From: Chrysomallon squamiferum
Taxonomy: Eukaryota > Animalia > Mollusca
Assembly: GCA_012295275.1 (NCBI GenBank)
Contig: CM022672.1
Coordinates: 4,340,001 to 4,404,000, forward strand
Length of the DNA stretch: 64,000 nt
Direction: 5' to 3'
Numbering within the stretch: the first letter of the stretch is position 1; each line of letters starts with the position of its first letter. This document shows positions 1 to 26,833 of this stretch, piece by piece. The position numbers and the translations under genes are program-made. The notes under the pieces were generated by a model. That model was not told the DNA's origin, ran no database searches, and was given only the letters and a program-made list of their open reading frames with translations.

Positions 1-916
1 CCACTTTCTGGTTAAGTAATAATTAAAATGAATCTCTGTTTTGATTGGTTCATGCAGATCATGGCTGTCAGTGGTTTTAAACTGGTACACGATACACTGT
101 TTGTGACTGGCTCATCAGGAACCAATGGGAATAATTGCTGTTGATTACTGAAAAAAGGACTTCTTAGTCTTTCTTTTTTCTTTTTTTTTTTTTTTTTTTG
201 ATGAATCAGACAAAGTAATTGGTATTGTAAATAGTGGCGATTCATGGTTTAACTGGTTGGTCTTGGAAACATCCAGTACTCTAAGCAGCTTATTTGAAGT
301 AAAGAAAGGAACACAATTATTTTGCATTTAACAGCATTCAACTAAAACTGGTAACATGCAAATCTCCAAGCAAACATATCGCTTTTGACAACATTCATTA
401 CATGCAGTGCATTTTTGTAAAAAAAGAATGTTTTTTTTTTCATTTAGAAAATTTTGTTTTTTAATTATATATTTTATTTTTTTATTGCTAGCAGGCAGCA
501 GCATTCATTCAGCTTATGACAAAAGTTGTGTCATGACTGAAGTTTTCTTTGAAAATTTCAGTTAGTATCAATTTCTACAGTTTAAATATTTGCTACAAAC
601 AGTTTTATCTTTTTTGAGTAAATTTTAGAATTTTTCTGAGACTTTTTTACATTTTGCATTGATTAACAAATCTGGAATTGATTTGTTTTGGCAAAATCAT
701 GCATTTTTGTCATTTAGTTTCTTTTAATGACAAGTACTACTAATTTCAGCAGAGGTACTTTTTAAAGGTATAATTACCAACTTTAATACCAATCATTCAA
801 CTTCTCTGATACAGCCTGGCAATGATAACAAGTTATTTCAAAATAAATATAATTTAGTTCTGTGTTTCCGTCTATTAATTAGTTCAGAAAATCACTAAAT
901 AATGAAACAGATTTGA

Positions 917-948
<32 letters not shown>

Positions 949-3900
949 CTTTTTGGGAAGGAGAAAGTACATTATAAACAAATACTAAATAAGAAAATAG
1001 GTTTGAGTAATAATGATGATGATGATGATGATATTTTGGGAAAAGAGGAAATACATTATAAATATGTACATTTGTAATTATTTATTCATTGGAAGTTGTG
1101 TCATTCTTAACATTATAACTTTGAGACAGCTTGATATCATTGCTCATGGTGAATTACATCACAGACATCATTTTATAATTAGAAAATCAAGATTTAACAT
1201 GGCTCATTCAAATGCCTGCCTCTTTCAGCACCATGTACATTTTAATCATGCTACTAGTAAAGTGCTGTTCTTGTTTGTAAATGATGTAAAATGCTGTAAT
1301 TAGTACCAATAAAAACACCAATAATATTCAGTCTTTTGTTTTTTTCTAGTTACCTGTTTTCACCACCAGTATGACAAACATTTCTATTATTATTAGTATG
1401 ACAAACATTATTATTATTTTTATGTTATTATTTCTTTATTATTTATATATATATATATATATATTTTTTTTTTTGTTGATGTGTCTAATTAATTTATTAA
1501 TTGCGAGAAATTAAATACTATAAGTCAGTTCTGTTGCAAATAATAAAATTATAATGTCTACCAGTGATTTCTCTTCATATAATCTTAAACACAGAAACTT
1601 AATGGTGTAAAAATGTAATTTATAACTTGCACGTTTTATTCAGTTGTCATGGTCCAATCACTTTCAAACGGTTTTCCTCAAGTGCAATTGCGGAAAATTT
1701 TGATTTCTACTTGCGCAGAATAGCTCTGTTGGACGTTTGGATGAATCTCGCTGTCTCCGTCAGAGATACGTCTATATCATTTTTTAGTTAATCTTTGCCA
1801 TTCATTCCGGCTAGTATACGCGTTTAACAAAGCTGTCACATGTCAATCAGATGACCGAGACGTCACTATCTCGGTCGAATCGAACTTTCGAAGTTTCTGA
1901 GTTGGTGATTTTATGATAGGGGTCTTGGGTTTCTTCTTGTAGTGTATGTAAGTTCGACTGCTTGGTACTTTTTAAGGTACCGGAGAAGTCGAAAATGACC
2001 GATCTAAAGGAAGGTAAATCCAAAATTATTGTTAAATGAGTACACTAGCTGGAATCGTTGCCGGTATGGTTGGCAAAGATCAGCTGAAAAACTGTATTGA
2101 TCTATATCTAGCAGAGAACCAGCAACATGCATCTAAATGTTCGTCAAAGCTGTTAGGGCCAGAGAATATTAGGGCTACCTGTTAATTAAATGGTAATAAT
2201 AACAAATAGCTTTATTATGAAAAGTTTAAACAATTTCATTTCAAGTTGAAACAGATTTACTATGAGAACGGAAAATTTTGTTAGTTTTAAATAATGAATA
2301 TCGCAATTAGAACAAAATTTACCAAAAATAAAATAAAATAATAAAAATAAAATAATCGAAACCTTCAACCTCGGTATCGGCATTTTAATTATACTCCTAG
2401 TAAATACATTTTTATAAGATGTCCGTAAGCATGTGGAAAGGTAAACAAAGCATTTCAATTAGATTGGATTATTTCGCATTTCTGACTAGCAGATAAAGTT
2501 ATAAAGTTATAAAGCTTTCATACCATCACTCTCCTTCCTGTTATTGAACTCTAGTAAAACATGCAATTAACTGCATTATCAAAGTACAGCAGTTCACCAC
2601 AGGTGTTTTCGACGGAAACGCTACTGACAAAAACCTTGAGGTTGTGTGGAGAGTTTGAAATTGTAAGAATATTTCATCCCTCGGCGATGCCCACGCAAAA
2701 CCATAATGTTGCATTATATCTCCAGAAGATACGGAAAAATAAACGGATCTCTATACAAACGTTTAAAATTTACAATACAATTGATTTAAGTTTCAAACTT
2801 TCCCCCTTATTTTTTAACCAGATTTATTGGCACTGTATCTCAGCTAATCGATCACTATCAGATATACTTAGTATTCATTCCAAAAGCCATCAATAGATGT
2901 CCGAAAAATGGCTTTATACTTCACCATTTAACCAGTAATATTAACTGTAAATGATGCACGAGTGAATGTTGCCTTTTTAAAATATATTAACTATTATTAT
3001 TATTATTATTATTATTAAGCTCCAACAATTTTTAAAAACAACAATAATAAAAAATAAAAAAAAAAGATAAAAAAACTGAAATGTTGATACGAAACCTCTC
3101 TATCAAATTAATATATCTGATAACATTAATACGATTTATATTGATGAAAAAGAAAACCAATACCCACATGCCATCAAAATAAAATAAAATAAAATAAAAT
3201 ATATATGTATTATTTTATTTTATTTACATTTTTTACAAATACAACTTAGTTTTTATAGCAATAAATAAATATCTGTAAATTAATTGTAACTGCCAATAAT
3301 ACTGTCAATATTTAAATTAAAACTGACGATGTAAATATGAATAGAATTTATATTTGCGTTTTAATTCTTCTTCTGCTTATTTATTTATTATATATTTTTT
3401 TTATCACTCTGAGAGTTATTATGATTACTGTGTAGTTTTTTCCAAATAAAAGAATGTCCAACAAATTGGATATCGAAAATGTTTAGTTATTTATTTACAA
3501 CAATTACTACTGTTCCTATACTACTACTACTACTACGACTGTTACTACCACTATTAACAATTATGATTTATCTTTCTTATTTTTAACCTTTAGGTTGCTG
3601 ACTGGCAATAGATCAGCAGCAGTTAAAGACAGAATTTACGGTACGACTGTGGACAAGTTGTTATTTATTCGAGGTAGGAATTCCAGTTATCATCGGCGCG
3701 TCATTGCTTTCAGCGTTCAGTGCGGTAGCCTCTTTGAGCTCTCGTAACTGTTTGTTGAAAGCCGACGTTGTAAAACAAAACGAAGAAATCCGATGCCACG
3801 AAACTATGTCCCTCCTCCCAAAACTACACCTGTTGTGTTGGCACAACAAAAATACGCTAGTAACGTCAACCGGAAACGGGGAGTTTTTTCGCTAGCTGTC

Positions 3901-6317
3901 AGTAATTGAAATTAAATACGTTTCGCTTTGATTAGCTGAATGTTGCTGGGAGACCTCAAGAGGTGACATGCTTATCGCCTGTTGCCGTCATTTCAGAGTA
4001 AAACTATACGCGATGGACTGGCAAGAACAGACGAACAAATCCATGTTAATTATTTTCATTTAAAATAAATTAAGAGTAACTTAAAATAAATGAAACATGT
4101 CAAAGTATTATTGAAAGCATATTTTAAATTTTCATGCAAAATGTAATTAAATTTGGCAATAACGTTAGGTCATTTTTTTTTTTTTTTTTTTTTCTAAAAA
4201 GTTTACTTAAATGTATACAAACAACGGCATAATTATTGTCATTACCAGTTTTAACAACTATCTCTGCAAAGACAACAACAATAATAATAAATTAACATAA
4301 ATTACTATTTGTTTTCAGTACAATTTTGTTTGTTTTGTTTAATGACACAAGAACAGCATATTGTTTTTGTTGTCATTATTATTGCAAACATATATATATA
4401 TATATATTTTTTTTTTTGATAATAATTATTGTTTCTAAAACTAAATCCCCAATATTTCCCCATATTACTTGATGCATTTTTTATTATTATTATATTTTTT
4501 TGTTGTTGTTGATAAGAACCTCTCTAAAGAGAGGAAAGAATACTCCACTGTAATTTGTGACCAGTGGTGGCGGATTAGCTGCAAAAGAAGACAGCCCAAA
4601 GGAGATTTTCAGAAGAAAAACGACCATGTAAGAAATCTGACCATTTGTATTTTTATTTTTAAAGCATTTAGGAAAATGTGTTACAAATAAAGACTGCTTC
4701 AGTAGGTTTGATCTGCTTCGTGAACCGACTTGTAAATGTCTGAGAGCCGATACCTCGAAACAAGTGTTTTTCAGCCGACATGGCTAACAACGATTATGGT
4801 TTTTATTTTCCTTAACCTCAGAATATATCGAAAATAATTGGGTGCAGATTGACCTAAAGAAAGATAAAACCTACAAGTTGATTGGTTCTTATTGGTTCAT
4901 TAGAGAAGGCGGCGGCAAGTCTGTTGCGAAAGGCCTCACCAATTGTGTTCGTTTTGCAGAGTAAACAAAGCAAGAAAATGTGTTGTGTTGGGATAAGTAG
5001 AGAGATCCACGACGTAAATGTGCCTTCGTCGGGAACCCGTGCACACATTTAATTAATTAATTATGCACTAAATACAATTGTTATCTGTAGTGATTTATGT
5101 TGCATAACGATTTACCTAATATACGTGCAACATTTTTGAATTAAATTATATTAAACATTTCGTTATTTCTTTATAAATGTACTCAGGATTTTTGAAGTTA
5201 TTGAGCACAAAAACGATTTCAGTCATTTTGTTAAATATATATATTTTTTCATAGGGTACTAAAATCGTCAACTGAATTTTAAAATACTATATTTTCCCCT
5301 GTAATTTCTCATCCATACGCCTAATCATGTCCCTTGAATGAATGTTTGACAAGCTTATTTTAATGTTAATGATATATATATTTTTTTTTATAACAACATA
5401 TCAAGCATATAGCCTTTATATAATAATGCTACGCGAAAACTAACATGCTGCTTCTTACGTCATTTTGCAGCAGTGAATCTTTCATGTACATCATATAACA
5501 GTACAACACATACCACAGCTTTTCACGCGAACTGAGACACTGCTCTATGGCAGCAACGAGGAGTACCTGATTTCAATACCTGGAAAACATAATAACAACG
5601 TTTCTTATTGGTATGCACACATGGTAGTAATAATACTGAAATGTACCTATATACCTATAACATTTCCATTCACTCCTTAAACTGACTTACAGTTTTATCT
5701 GTTAAACTCATTTCGGGTTTGGATTTAATGGATTATGGTGTTATCGTCACAGGGTTACAAAAAACGCACCCACTGTTTCGGTTTGCCTCGTTTCCATTAA
5801 TTAGCCTTCGCCCAAACACCGTGGCCGTAACGCCTTCGTTCATTGGCTGTAACGCCTCCGTTCGTTGCCCGAGTTTCCAATTAAAAATTCGGTGCTCTTG
5901 CGATTAGCTGCAACGTTTGACTGGTTCTGCGCATCCGGAAACAACAGCAGTATTCTTCATTTGACGTATTTTCTGAAATTGGCAAATTTCGCAACTTATA
6001 ATTATTTAACGTGAATGACTGGCGTCATTAAAAATAAACAGACACTTGCAAAATAATTTGAATATGGTGGTGTGTGATAGATTATACTTGGAATTTTTCG
6101 TTAAGTAAATCAGATAAGCATTTAGAGTGTGTGGAATATGTCTAATAATTACGATAAATTTTAAATTATAGATAACATTATAATTTATATTAAGACCAAA
6201 AAGACATTTAGATGCTACAATATTGTCAGAAAATAATTTTGCTTCAAAATATAAATTTGTTTCCCTCTCAAAATTGTCATTTTTAAAAATCTGCATTTAT
6301 TTAATTTAAAACTTATT

Positions 6318-6354
<37 letters not shown>

Positions 6355-8792
6355 GTAAATAAAATGAAATAAAATAAAAATGACAAAAATGTAAGGATTC
6401 CGCGCATATAATTAAGCTAGAAATAACAGTCTTGGATGTATTATATATCATTTCTCACCCCCCCCACACACACACATACACATATACACACGCGCGCGCA
6501 TTGATTTAGTGCAGTGTTTCGGTATCATGACCGTCCCTTCAAAGGGAAATTAACTTTTAACAGTTCAGATGGACATATTATACGCTACATTAAAGAAATA
6601 CTCAGATATCTTTCACGCGCATAATTCTTGAAATAAAGTCTATGGTATATGTCGGTTTATTATCAAAGGAGCCAAAGAGTTAATTGTGGAAAAGGTTAGA
6701 AGTATAGAGTAATTGAAACTTCCTGTAAGAAGTGATTAAGAGGTACAGATGGCGCAACGCATCATATCCTGTGATGTGACGTCACTGACAGGTGCCACGT
6801 GCGTTTTATGCGTTGCAGTTGCCTTACAGCCATTTGGACGTAGAAAAAAAAAATTATATTGATCGCCTATGTACGTCATTATGTGCTGAGCCAAAAGTTT
6901 AAGCGATAATTCTTAAAAAGAATATTGCTGATATTATAATTAAAAACATATTTTAGTGGTCAGGGCCGAAACTGTTTGAAAGCTAGGATAATAAGGATGG
7001 GTAAGGCATTCATACAAATCAAAAACAGATTCGTTTTGTTTCACGAACAAATTTATAAAGTTCGCATTTTCCAACCCCCCCCACCCGAAAAAAAAAAAAA
7101 ATAAAATAAAATAAAAAATCAGATAATAAAAATAAAATCAATGAGAATAAACATATTCAAATAAATTTACAAATAAATATACAACAATTATTATTATTAT
7201 TACTATCTCATAAAAAGAAAACAATTCATTTATTCCCTGCGTCTTAATTTTTTTTCTTCTCACCAAAAGAAATTAGATTTTGTTCTTCAGTACATTTTTT
7301 TTTTCAGACGAAGATTTTGTTCGTTCAATTTATACTTCCAGACGAAGTCTGCTTAAAACACACACACACACACACTCTATTAGCTGTTAAGTGCAATGTA
7401 ATTCTAAACAGACATATCCAAATCATAAATTTAATTTTCCAAAGGAACACGAAGAGATGGAAAGAAAAATATCAAGCAAAAATAGAAGCTATTGGAGACG
7501 TTAAGTTGGGCTTATTCAGTGAGAAAACAAATGACTGGAAACGTAGATAATATAATAGAAAGAAAAAGAGAGAGATGTTGTGTCAAAAATGGTCTGAAAC
7601 ACGAAGGGTCAATATTTCTGTTACAGTACTGCTTATTACAATTAATAGCAAAGACTGTGATGTCTTTGTTAAATGTCAAAGGTAGGCGCATAAAGATGCC
7701 TTGGCAAGAGAAAAATGAATAGCCTGAGTCTGAAATACCCAAACAAAACGCTGATGACAAACTATCAATTTAGCTTTTGTGATTTAGCTAAACAAATGTT
7801 TAATAATATACATGCATGTTAAACAACCTTTAAATATCTTTCTTTTCTTTTTTTTCAAAAGGCTTCTTTTTTTTTTTAAGAAAAAGGTTCTTACAGCGAG
7901 CAGCCCATCAGTATTGTTATTTGACGCTTGCGTTCACTGCGAATATTTTCATGACATTCAAATGTCAAACGAAATGAAACCAAACGCCATTTTAATTTAA
8001 AATCGAATTTCTTTCCCATGGCATTTTAATAACCTCTCTTTAATTCTTCGACTCTTGGGTTGCCGTATGTGTGAGAGAAACTCTTATTGACTACCTGACT
8101 CTCCTGCCAAAACTGCAGATGTGAAAATTAACGCTGATTGGAAGAGGTCAATGTTTTTCGATATCTCGCGTGACGCGTTACACATTTTGGTCCGAACCAA
8201 AACTGACATATACATAGCTTTTCGTGCGACGGCAACAGTGTCATTGTCAAGCGCATCACAACGTTGCTGTTGTAATTGGAAAGAAATTCATCTAATTTGA
8301 AGAAGAAGTCCATGTCGTGACCGTTCACGAAATGTTCCACGTGCACCGTTCCTAGTCCGCTTCAAATAACACATTATTAAGAACGCGTGTTGACAGCCGC
8401 AGGAAAATCTTTCCGCCATATTGAATTTTCTCCAATTAAAATACTCTTAAGATGATTTCGCTAAAGACGTGTTCCATTGCGCATATCGAAAAGTTACATG
8501 GCAACACGCGAGAAATTCCGTTAATAGGACGTATTTCAATTTACTTTGAAATAATGTACCGTGCTTTTTTTCTTTCGTTTTTTTTTTTTTTTTTTTTCTT
8601 CCTACAAAATAAGGAAAGGTGGGGGAGAAAATGAGGAAAAAAAATGTATTTGCTTTTAGCAAAAAGAAAAACATACACGAACATCCGGGTGTATCTGATG
8701 TCAACTTCAGGCATGCATGGACACAACTGTCTGGTTTTGACGTTAATACTTGTTTAAAGAAAACATTTATTATAAAAAGAAGGAAGAACAAG

Positions 8793-8824
<32 letters not shown>

Positions 8825-9379
8825 GAAGGGCGAAAAGTAATAAAGAATTAAGGATAAAAAAAGTGAAGGAAAAAATATCCAATCATAAATAAAGGAAACT
8901 TAAAAGCAAGATTTTGAATACATTTCACGTCACAAGTGCAGAAAAAATCCCAAGCGATAATAGCGTTTCAACGAACTCAGGTTATTGTCAATCATTGTTA
9001 TTAGCAAGATTGCTTCCTAATAAAAGCTGTAGCAAAAAGATTTTTTTTTTTTTTTTTTTTTTAATATAAATCCCATTAAACGAAACTGAACTGAGATTTG
9101 TATCCACAAAATTTTATTACTGTGTATATTCCACTATTTTTATTTAACAGAAAGGGGCTCTGGTTTCTCTGTCAGCCTGACTGTCTGTCTCTCTACATAG
9201 CCAGTTGTTAAACATTTTTTAAAATAACTATTGAATAATATGAACACTATTTCTTTTTATACAGATAAAAAAAAAAACTAAATTATTTCTTGCTCTTTAT
9301 TTAAAAACAAAACAATATAGTAATAATGTCGTGTGCCATCAAGCATATTCGAATTTCCCGTTTCATAAAAAAAAAAAAA

Positions 9380-9420
<41 letters not shown>

Positions 9421-9441
9421 TAAAAATAAATAATAATATAA

Positions 9442-9480
<39 letters not shown>

Positions 9481-9765
9481 AGATTAAAGCAGTCAATGGA
9501 TATCCATTATCAAGAAGCCATTAATGTGTTCGTGAATTTGATCTTTTTTTTTTTTTTTTTTCTGGAAAAGTGGACGGTTGAAAATTACGTCTTTTGATCA
9601 AAAGAAATTGTCGAGGCTACTCCATCCTTAACTCAAATTGCGTCTCATGATTTCTTTGTTCGACATTAACTTCGAGGTAGCCGGTTTAGCATTTTCACGA
9701 AAGTTTCGATGTAGAAAATTGATCAAATATTTGTCTGAGTAATTTAAAGCTAAATAAGAAGTCGG

Positions 9766-9804
<39 letters not shown>

Positions 9805-10192
9805 ATAGCAAAAAGAAAATGTTTTTTTTTTTTTTTTTTTTTTTTTGATGTATTGGTAAACAGAAAGATTTGGACGTTAAGCAAGTGAAACAACATGAAA
9901 AAAATTGTCATTAATAAAATTTATACAATTGGTTAATAAAATATAACAATCTAAAATAACAAATATTATATAATTCTGAATGGATTTATTTAACTTAATT
10001 TTTTAATTTTTAATTTTTACACAGTTATATTTTATTAACTACGAACAGTTTTGATTAAACCAAATAACTGTTATTTATTATAATTTTAAATGATGATGAT
10101 GCGTACAATTATTTTACTGTATAAGAGAGATTACTCTGTTTTAGGCCGAAGGAAAGATAATTCTTATTTTATTCACTTTGACCTATACAAGA

Positions 10193-10269
10193 ATGTCGGG
10201 AGTTACGCGTAATATAAGTAGATTTGTCGAATTTGGAAAGAAAATAGTATGCGTTGGAAGAAATTACAG
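10193..10269 (+). CDS. FAHD1: FAHD1 coding exon 1 (not in ORF track)
   Basis: ATG at 10193, [25 protein letters not shown], donor AG|GTAGAT, phase 2. Confidence 0.93.
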
Positions 10270-11702
10270 GTAGATTTTAAACTAAATTCAATGATGTAAC
10301 AGATCTTAATAATGCTGTACATTTTAAAAATTATTACTATATTTACACAGTCATTATACTGGCTTATTGAAAAAATCATATAAGACCGAGTAATTTTTCG
10401 CCTCTTGTAATAAGACATAAAAAAAACCCCAACAACAATAACGTAATAAAAAAAAAAAAAATTAATTTCAGAAAATTACTTAAAGTAAGAACAATTTAAT
10501 GATTTTTATTTTATTTTATTTTTTTTTTTATTGACAGAAACTAATTGTAGGCCTATATGTAAACTTTTTAATTATATAAACAGTTTTGTTTGGTCAAAAC
10601 AATTTCGGAAATTCCTATACTTTAAATTTGTCGGTATATTCTTTGTTGATATTCAGATTGTAATACTATTTCTCTTACTTTCAAACAGTGAACATGCAAC
10701 AGAACTTGGAAATCCTGTACCAAAGAAACCAATTCTTTTTCTGAAACCATCCACATCATACATTTGTCAGGGACAGACTATACAGGTATTAACAAAAGTA
10801 ACAATTATAACATAACTAAGAAGAAAAACAAAAACATATTATTTTGTGATACTTTATTATTAAGATATTCATGTTGCCTGAAAGACACCAAGGACTAACA
10901 AGTATACAGGTATTTTAGGCTATTTGTTAGTACTAGAAAAGGCACAAATTAATTTAAAAAAAAAAAAAATCAGATAAAATTGTTCAATATATGATGTACC
11001 TATTGAACAACTACTGTGTTATTTAATTTATTTATTTACACTACAGCAGTTACACTTTAAGTAGAAACAAAAGAATCACCTGAAACGATCGCAAAATTAA
11101 TTTATTTTCTGGGCAGGCAATGGCCAAGTAAAACACATTTATTATAAAATGCTGAATTTAGTATTTATATATTGTTATTATCATTATTATTATTTTTTTT
11201 TAAATTTCAGATGCCAGCAGAATGCACCTCACTTCATCATGAAGTTGAACTTGGTGTTGTTATTGGTAAACATGGTTCCCACATCGCTGAATCAGAAGCC
11301 ATGAATCACATTGCGGGCTATGTCCTTGCTCTGGACATGACTGCCCGAGACTTTCAAGAGGAAGCCAAATCGAAAGGTCATCCCTGGTGTGTGGCCAAAG
11401 GTTTTGATACATCATGTCCTGTTGGTGATTTTATAGAAAAAGGAAAACTGAAAGATCCCGGAAATGTTGATTTATGGCTGAAGGTTAACAATGAACTGAA
11501 GCAGAAGGGGAATACGAAAGACATGATATTCAGTGTTCCCTACCTCATCAGTTACATCAGTAGATACTTTTCCCTTGAAGAAGGAGATTTGGTTTTGACT
11601 GGAACACCATCTGGTGTTGGTCCCGTGCAGCAAGGGGACATAATTGAGGCTGGAATTGCAGACATTACAAAAATAAAATTTACTGTTGGTAAAAGATCCT
11701 AA
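10193..11702 (+). CDS. FAHD1: FAHD1 acylpyruvase / oxaloacetate decarboxylase (FAA hydrolase family), 3 coding exons, 221 aa
   Basis: Exons 10193-10269, 10689-10785 and 11211-11702 join in frame through GT-AG introns (77+97+492=666 nt). Protein: [50 protein letters not shown]...HHEVELGVVIGK...LALDMTARDFQ...PWCVAKGFDTSCP...DMIFSVPYLISYIS...GDLVLTGTPSGVG. All characteristic FAHD1 motifs are present. Confidence 0.97.
10689..10785 (+). CDS. FAHD1: FAHD1 coding exon 2
   Basis: Acceptor ACAG|T, (S)[32 protein letters not shown], donor CAG|GTATT. Confidence 0.95.
11211..11702 (+). CDS. FAHD1: FAHD1 coding exon 3 (terminal)
   Basis: Acceptor TTTCAG|ATG, MPAECTSLHHEVEL...KFTVGKRS*. AATAAA (11702-11707) overlaps the stop codon. 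Confidence 0.96.
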   Translation: MPAECTSLHHEVELGVVIGKHGSHIAESEAMNHIAGYVLALDMTARDFQEEAKSKGHPWCVAKGFDTSCPVGDFIEKGKLKDPGNVDLWLKVNNELKQKGNTKDMIFSVPYLISYISRYFSLEEGDLVLTGTPSGVGPVQQGDIIEAGIADITKIKFTVGKRS

Positions 11703-12779
11703 ATAAAATTTTTTTTTAAAGTGTTCAGCCTCGCTTGGTGAGCACAGAACATTTTTATATATTAGGTAACTTGAATAATGGTAAACATAAAAATTAATAA
11801 AACTGAAGTGTACTTTTAGAAGAAAAACTTGTAATTGTTATTAAAAACATATAAAATTGCATACATCATCAATTATTTATAGAAAAATATAACAAAATCA
11901 AAAATAAACAGGAAAAGAGAATTAACTAATCCAGGACAATAGTTATAATGTTTTCCTCATTGCTCATGCATGCCTAAAATGGGCGTACACATTATTTTTG
12001 CCATAACTGTCACCACTTCAAGTTAGCAATCTCAAGAAGTCTGTCTGTTTTCCAGTTAAGCTGATTTTGATTATAATTATTTTACATTGAAACATATTGC
12101 TGTTTAGTATTTATTATAAACATTTTAAACAAAATATATGTTTATCAACAGTAACTATAAATGAATATTTTTTATTGTTGATTTACTATTTCAGTAATAT
12201 CTCGATTTCTAAAAGTTTTCTTCTTAACAGAGTGTATCTTTTTTTTAATTTCTTTTCTTTTTTTCTTTTTTTTACTGTAATTAAATTCCATATTATCTTT
12301 GGTAATTTTACAATTTGTACTCATTATACAAGTTATATGGATGTTGAAAATGTGTGCAGTTAAATAATTATGCAATATTCTTGTATAATAAAGAATATAA
12401 TTCATTACTTTGAATGTTGTTAACTATTTACTTGAAATCTTGTTATTAAATATAAAACAGAAACAAATAAGCAGTATGTACACACGCACACACACATTTT
12501 TTGTTGGAAAGCAAAATTATAATAACACTACAAAGTTAGTTTTGAGATGTTTAAAACGTGCAATATTTACTAATCTAATAATAATAATCATAAAAAATCA
12601 TATGTAATAATTATGCCGATATATCTATTTTTAAATTTATATTTACTTATCCTGAAAACTTCGCATATTAAACATCATAATATAATCAAATGATAATGCA
12701 ATATATAATTTTAATTTTGTTATTTATCTCTGCCAAGTAAAATGCAAATCTAGAATTTACAATGCTCAAGACATTCTCG

Positions 12780-12932
12780 TTCATTTCCGTCTTCTGTTTC
12801 ACGGAAATCATCAAGTTGGCGGAACTAGACCGTGCAGTGATTGGTCAGAAAATACCTATAAAACTTCTTTCGCTTTTCAGTTCTTTTGGAAAAATGAAAC
12901 TCGAATTTTGAAACATTGCTTAGTGTAGCACA
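12780..12932 (+). promoter_or_regulatory. Putative TTF2 promoter / 5' UTR
   Basis: CpG-containing patch just before the ATG, with E2F-like TTGGCGGAA (12816-12824), inverted CCAAT (ATTGG 12840-12844) and CHR-like TTTGAA (12907-12912). Confidence 0.5.
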
Positions 12933-26101
<13,169 letters not shown>

Positions 26102-26779
26102 CGTCTGTGATAACTAATCTAGTCACCCCAGCTACAGGTTACATTTGTCAAACATTTAAATCAAAATTTGATGGTGACAACCAAAAATCTCCACATTTCC
26201 TAACGATTTTACAAACGTCATTTCTTGTTGCAAATGGTTAACCTTCAGTGAATTTCATATACTTTTATAGGATTGATTTATTTGTTATTACAAACCAATC
26301 TTTGCTTATAATAAAGTATGAGAGTAATTACAACAACAACAACAACAAAACAAAAACAAAAACCAAACAAATATGAAAATGACCAGATCATTAAAGTACA
26401 GAAATGTTGATGTTTTTTCTTCAAATGAACATTAACAAAATTCTTAATAGACTGAGCATCTAAAAATTTGACAGTGATTTTTTTTTTTTTTCAATGGTTT
26501 TGTTCAGTGTCTTTTTTGGTCCATACATGGACCTGATTATTATTTATATTTAACATGTATGTCAGTGGATGGAATTATCACTGGTGCATTTAGACGAAAT
26601 ATATAAAAACGTTTTTTTTTTTTTTTTTTTCGTTTTTATGTTTTTGTCATAAAGTACTTCAGTACTTACATATTAATTCCAAATGTAAAAATTCTGAAAA
26701 TAAATTATTGTTACTAATTTAATGTTTTCATTTTTATTTTTAAAGATACTTAACTGCCAAAGTAGAAATAATGTTAATA

Positions 26780-26833
<54 letters not shown>

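Noticed and set aside
12-327. Two overlapping minus-strand ORFs joined at a poly-A run
   Set aside because: Even allowing a homopolymer indel, the product has stops on both sides and no recognisable homology
720-812. Possible C/D snoRNA (ATGACA...CTGA, ~85 nt)
   Set aside because: The C box has two mismatches, there is no terminal stem, and I recognise no rRNA guide
3295-3312. TAATACTGTCA, matching the miR-8/200 5' end
   Set aside because: The rest of the mature sequence and a hairpin are absent
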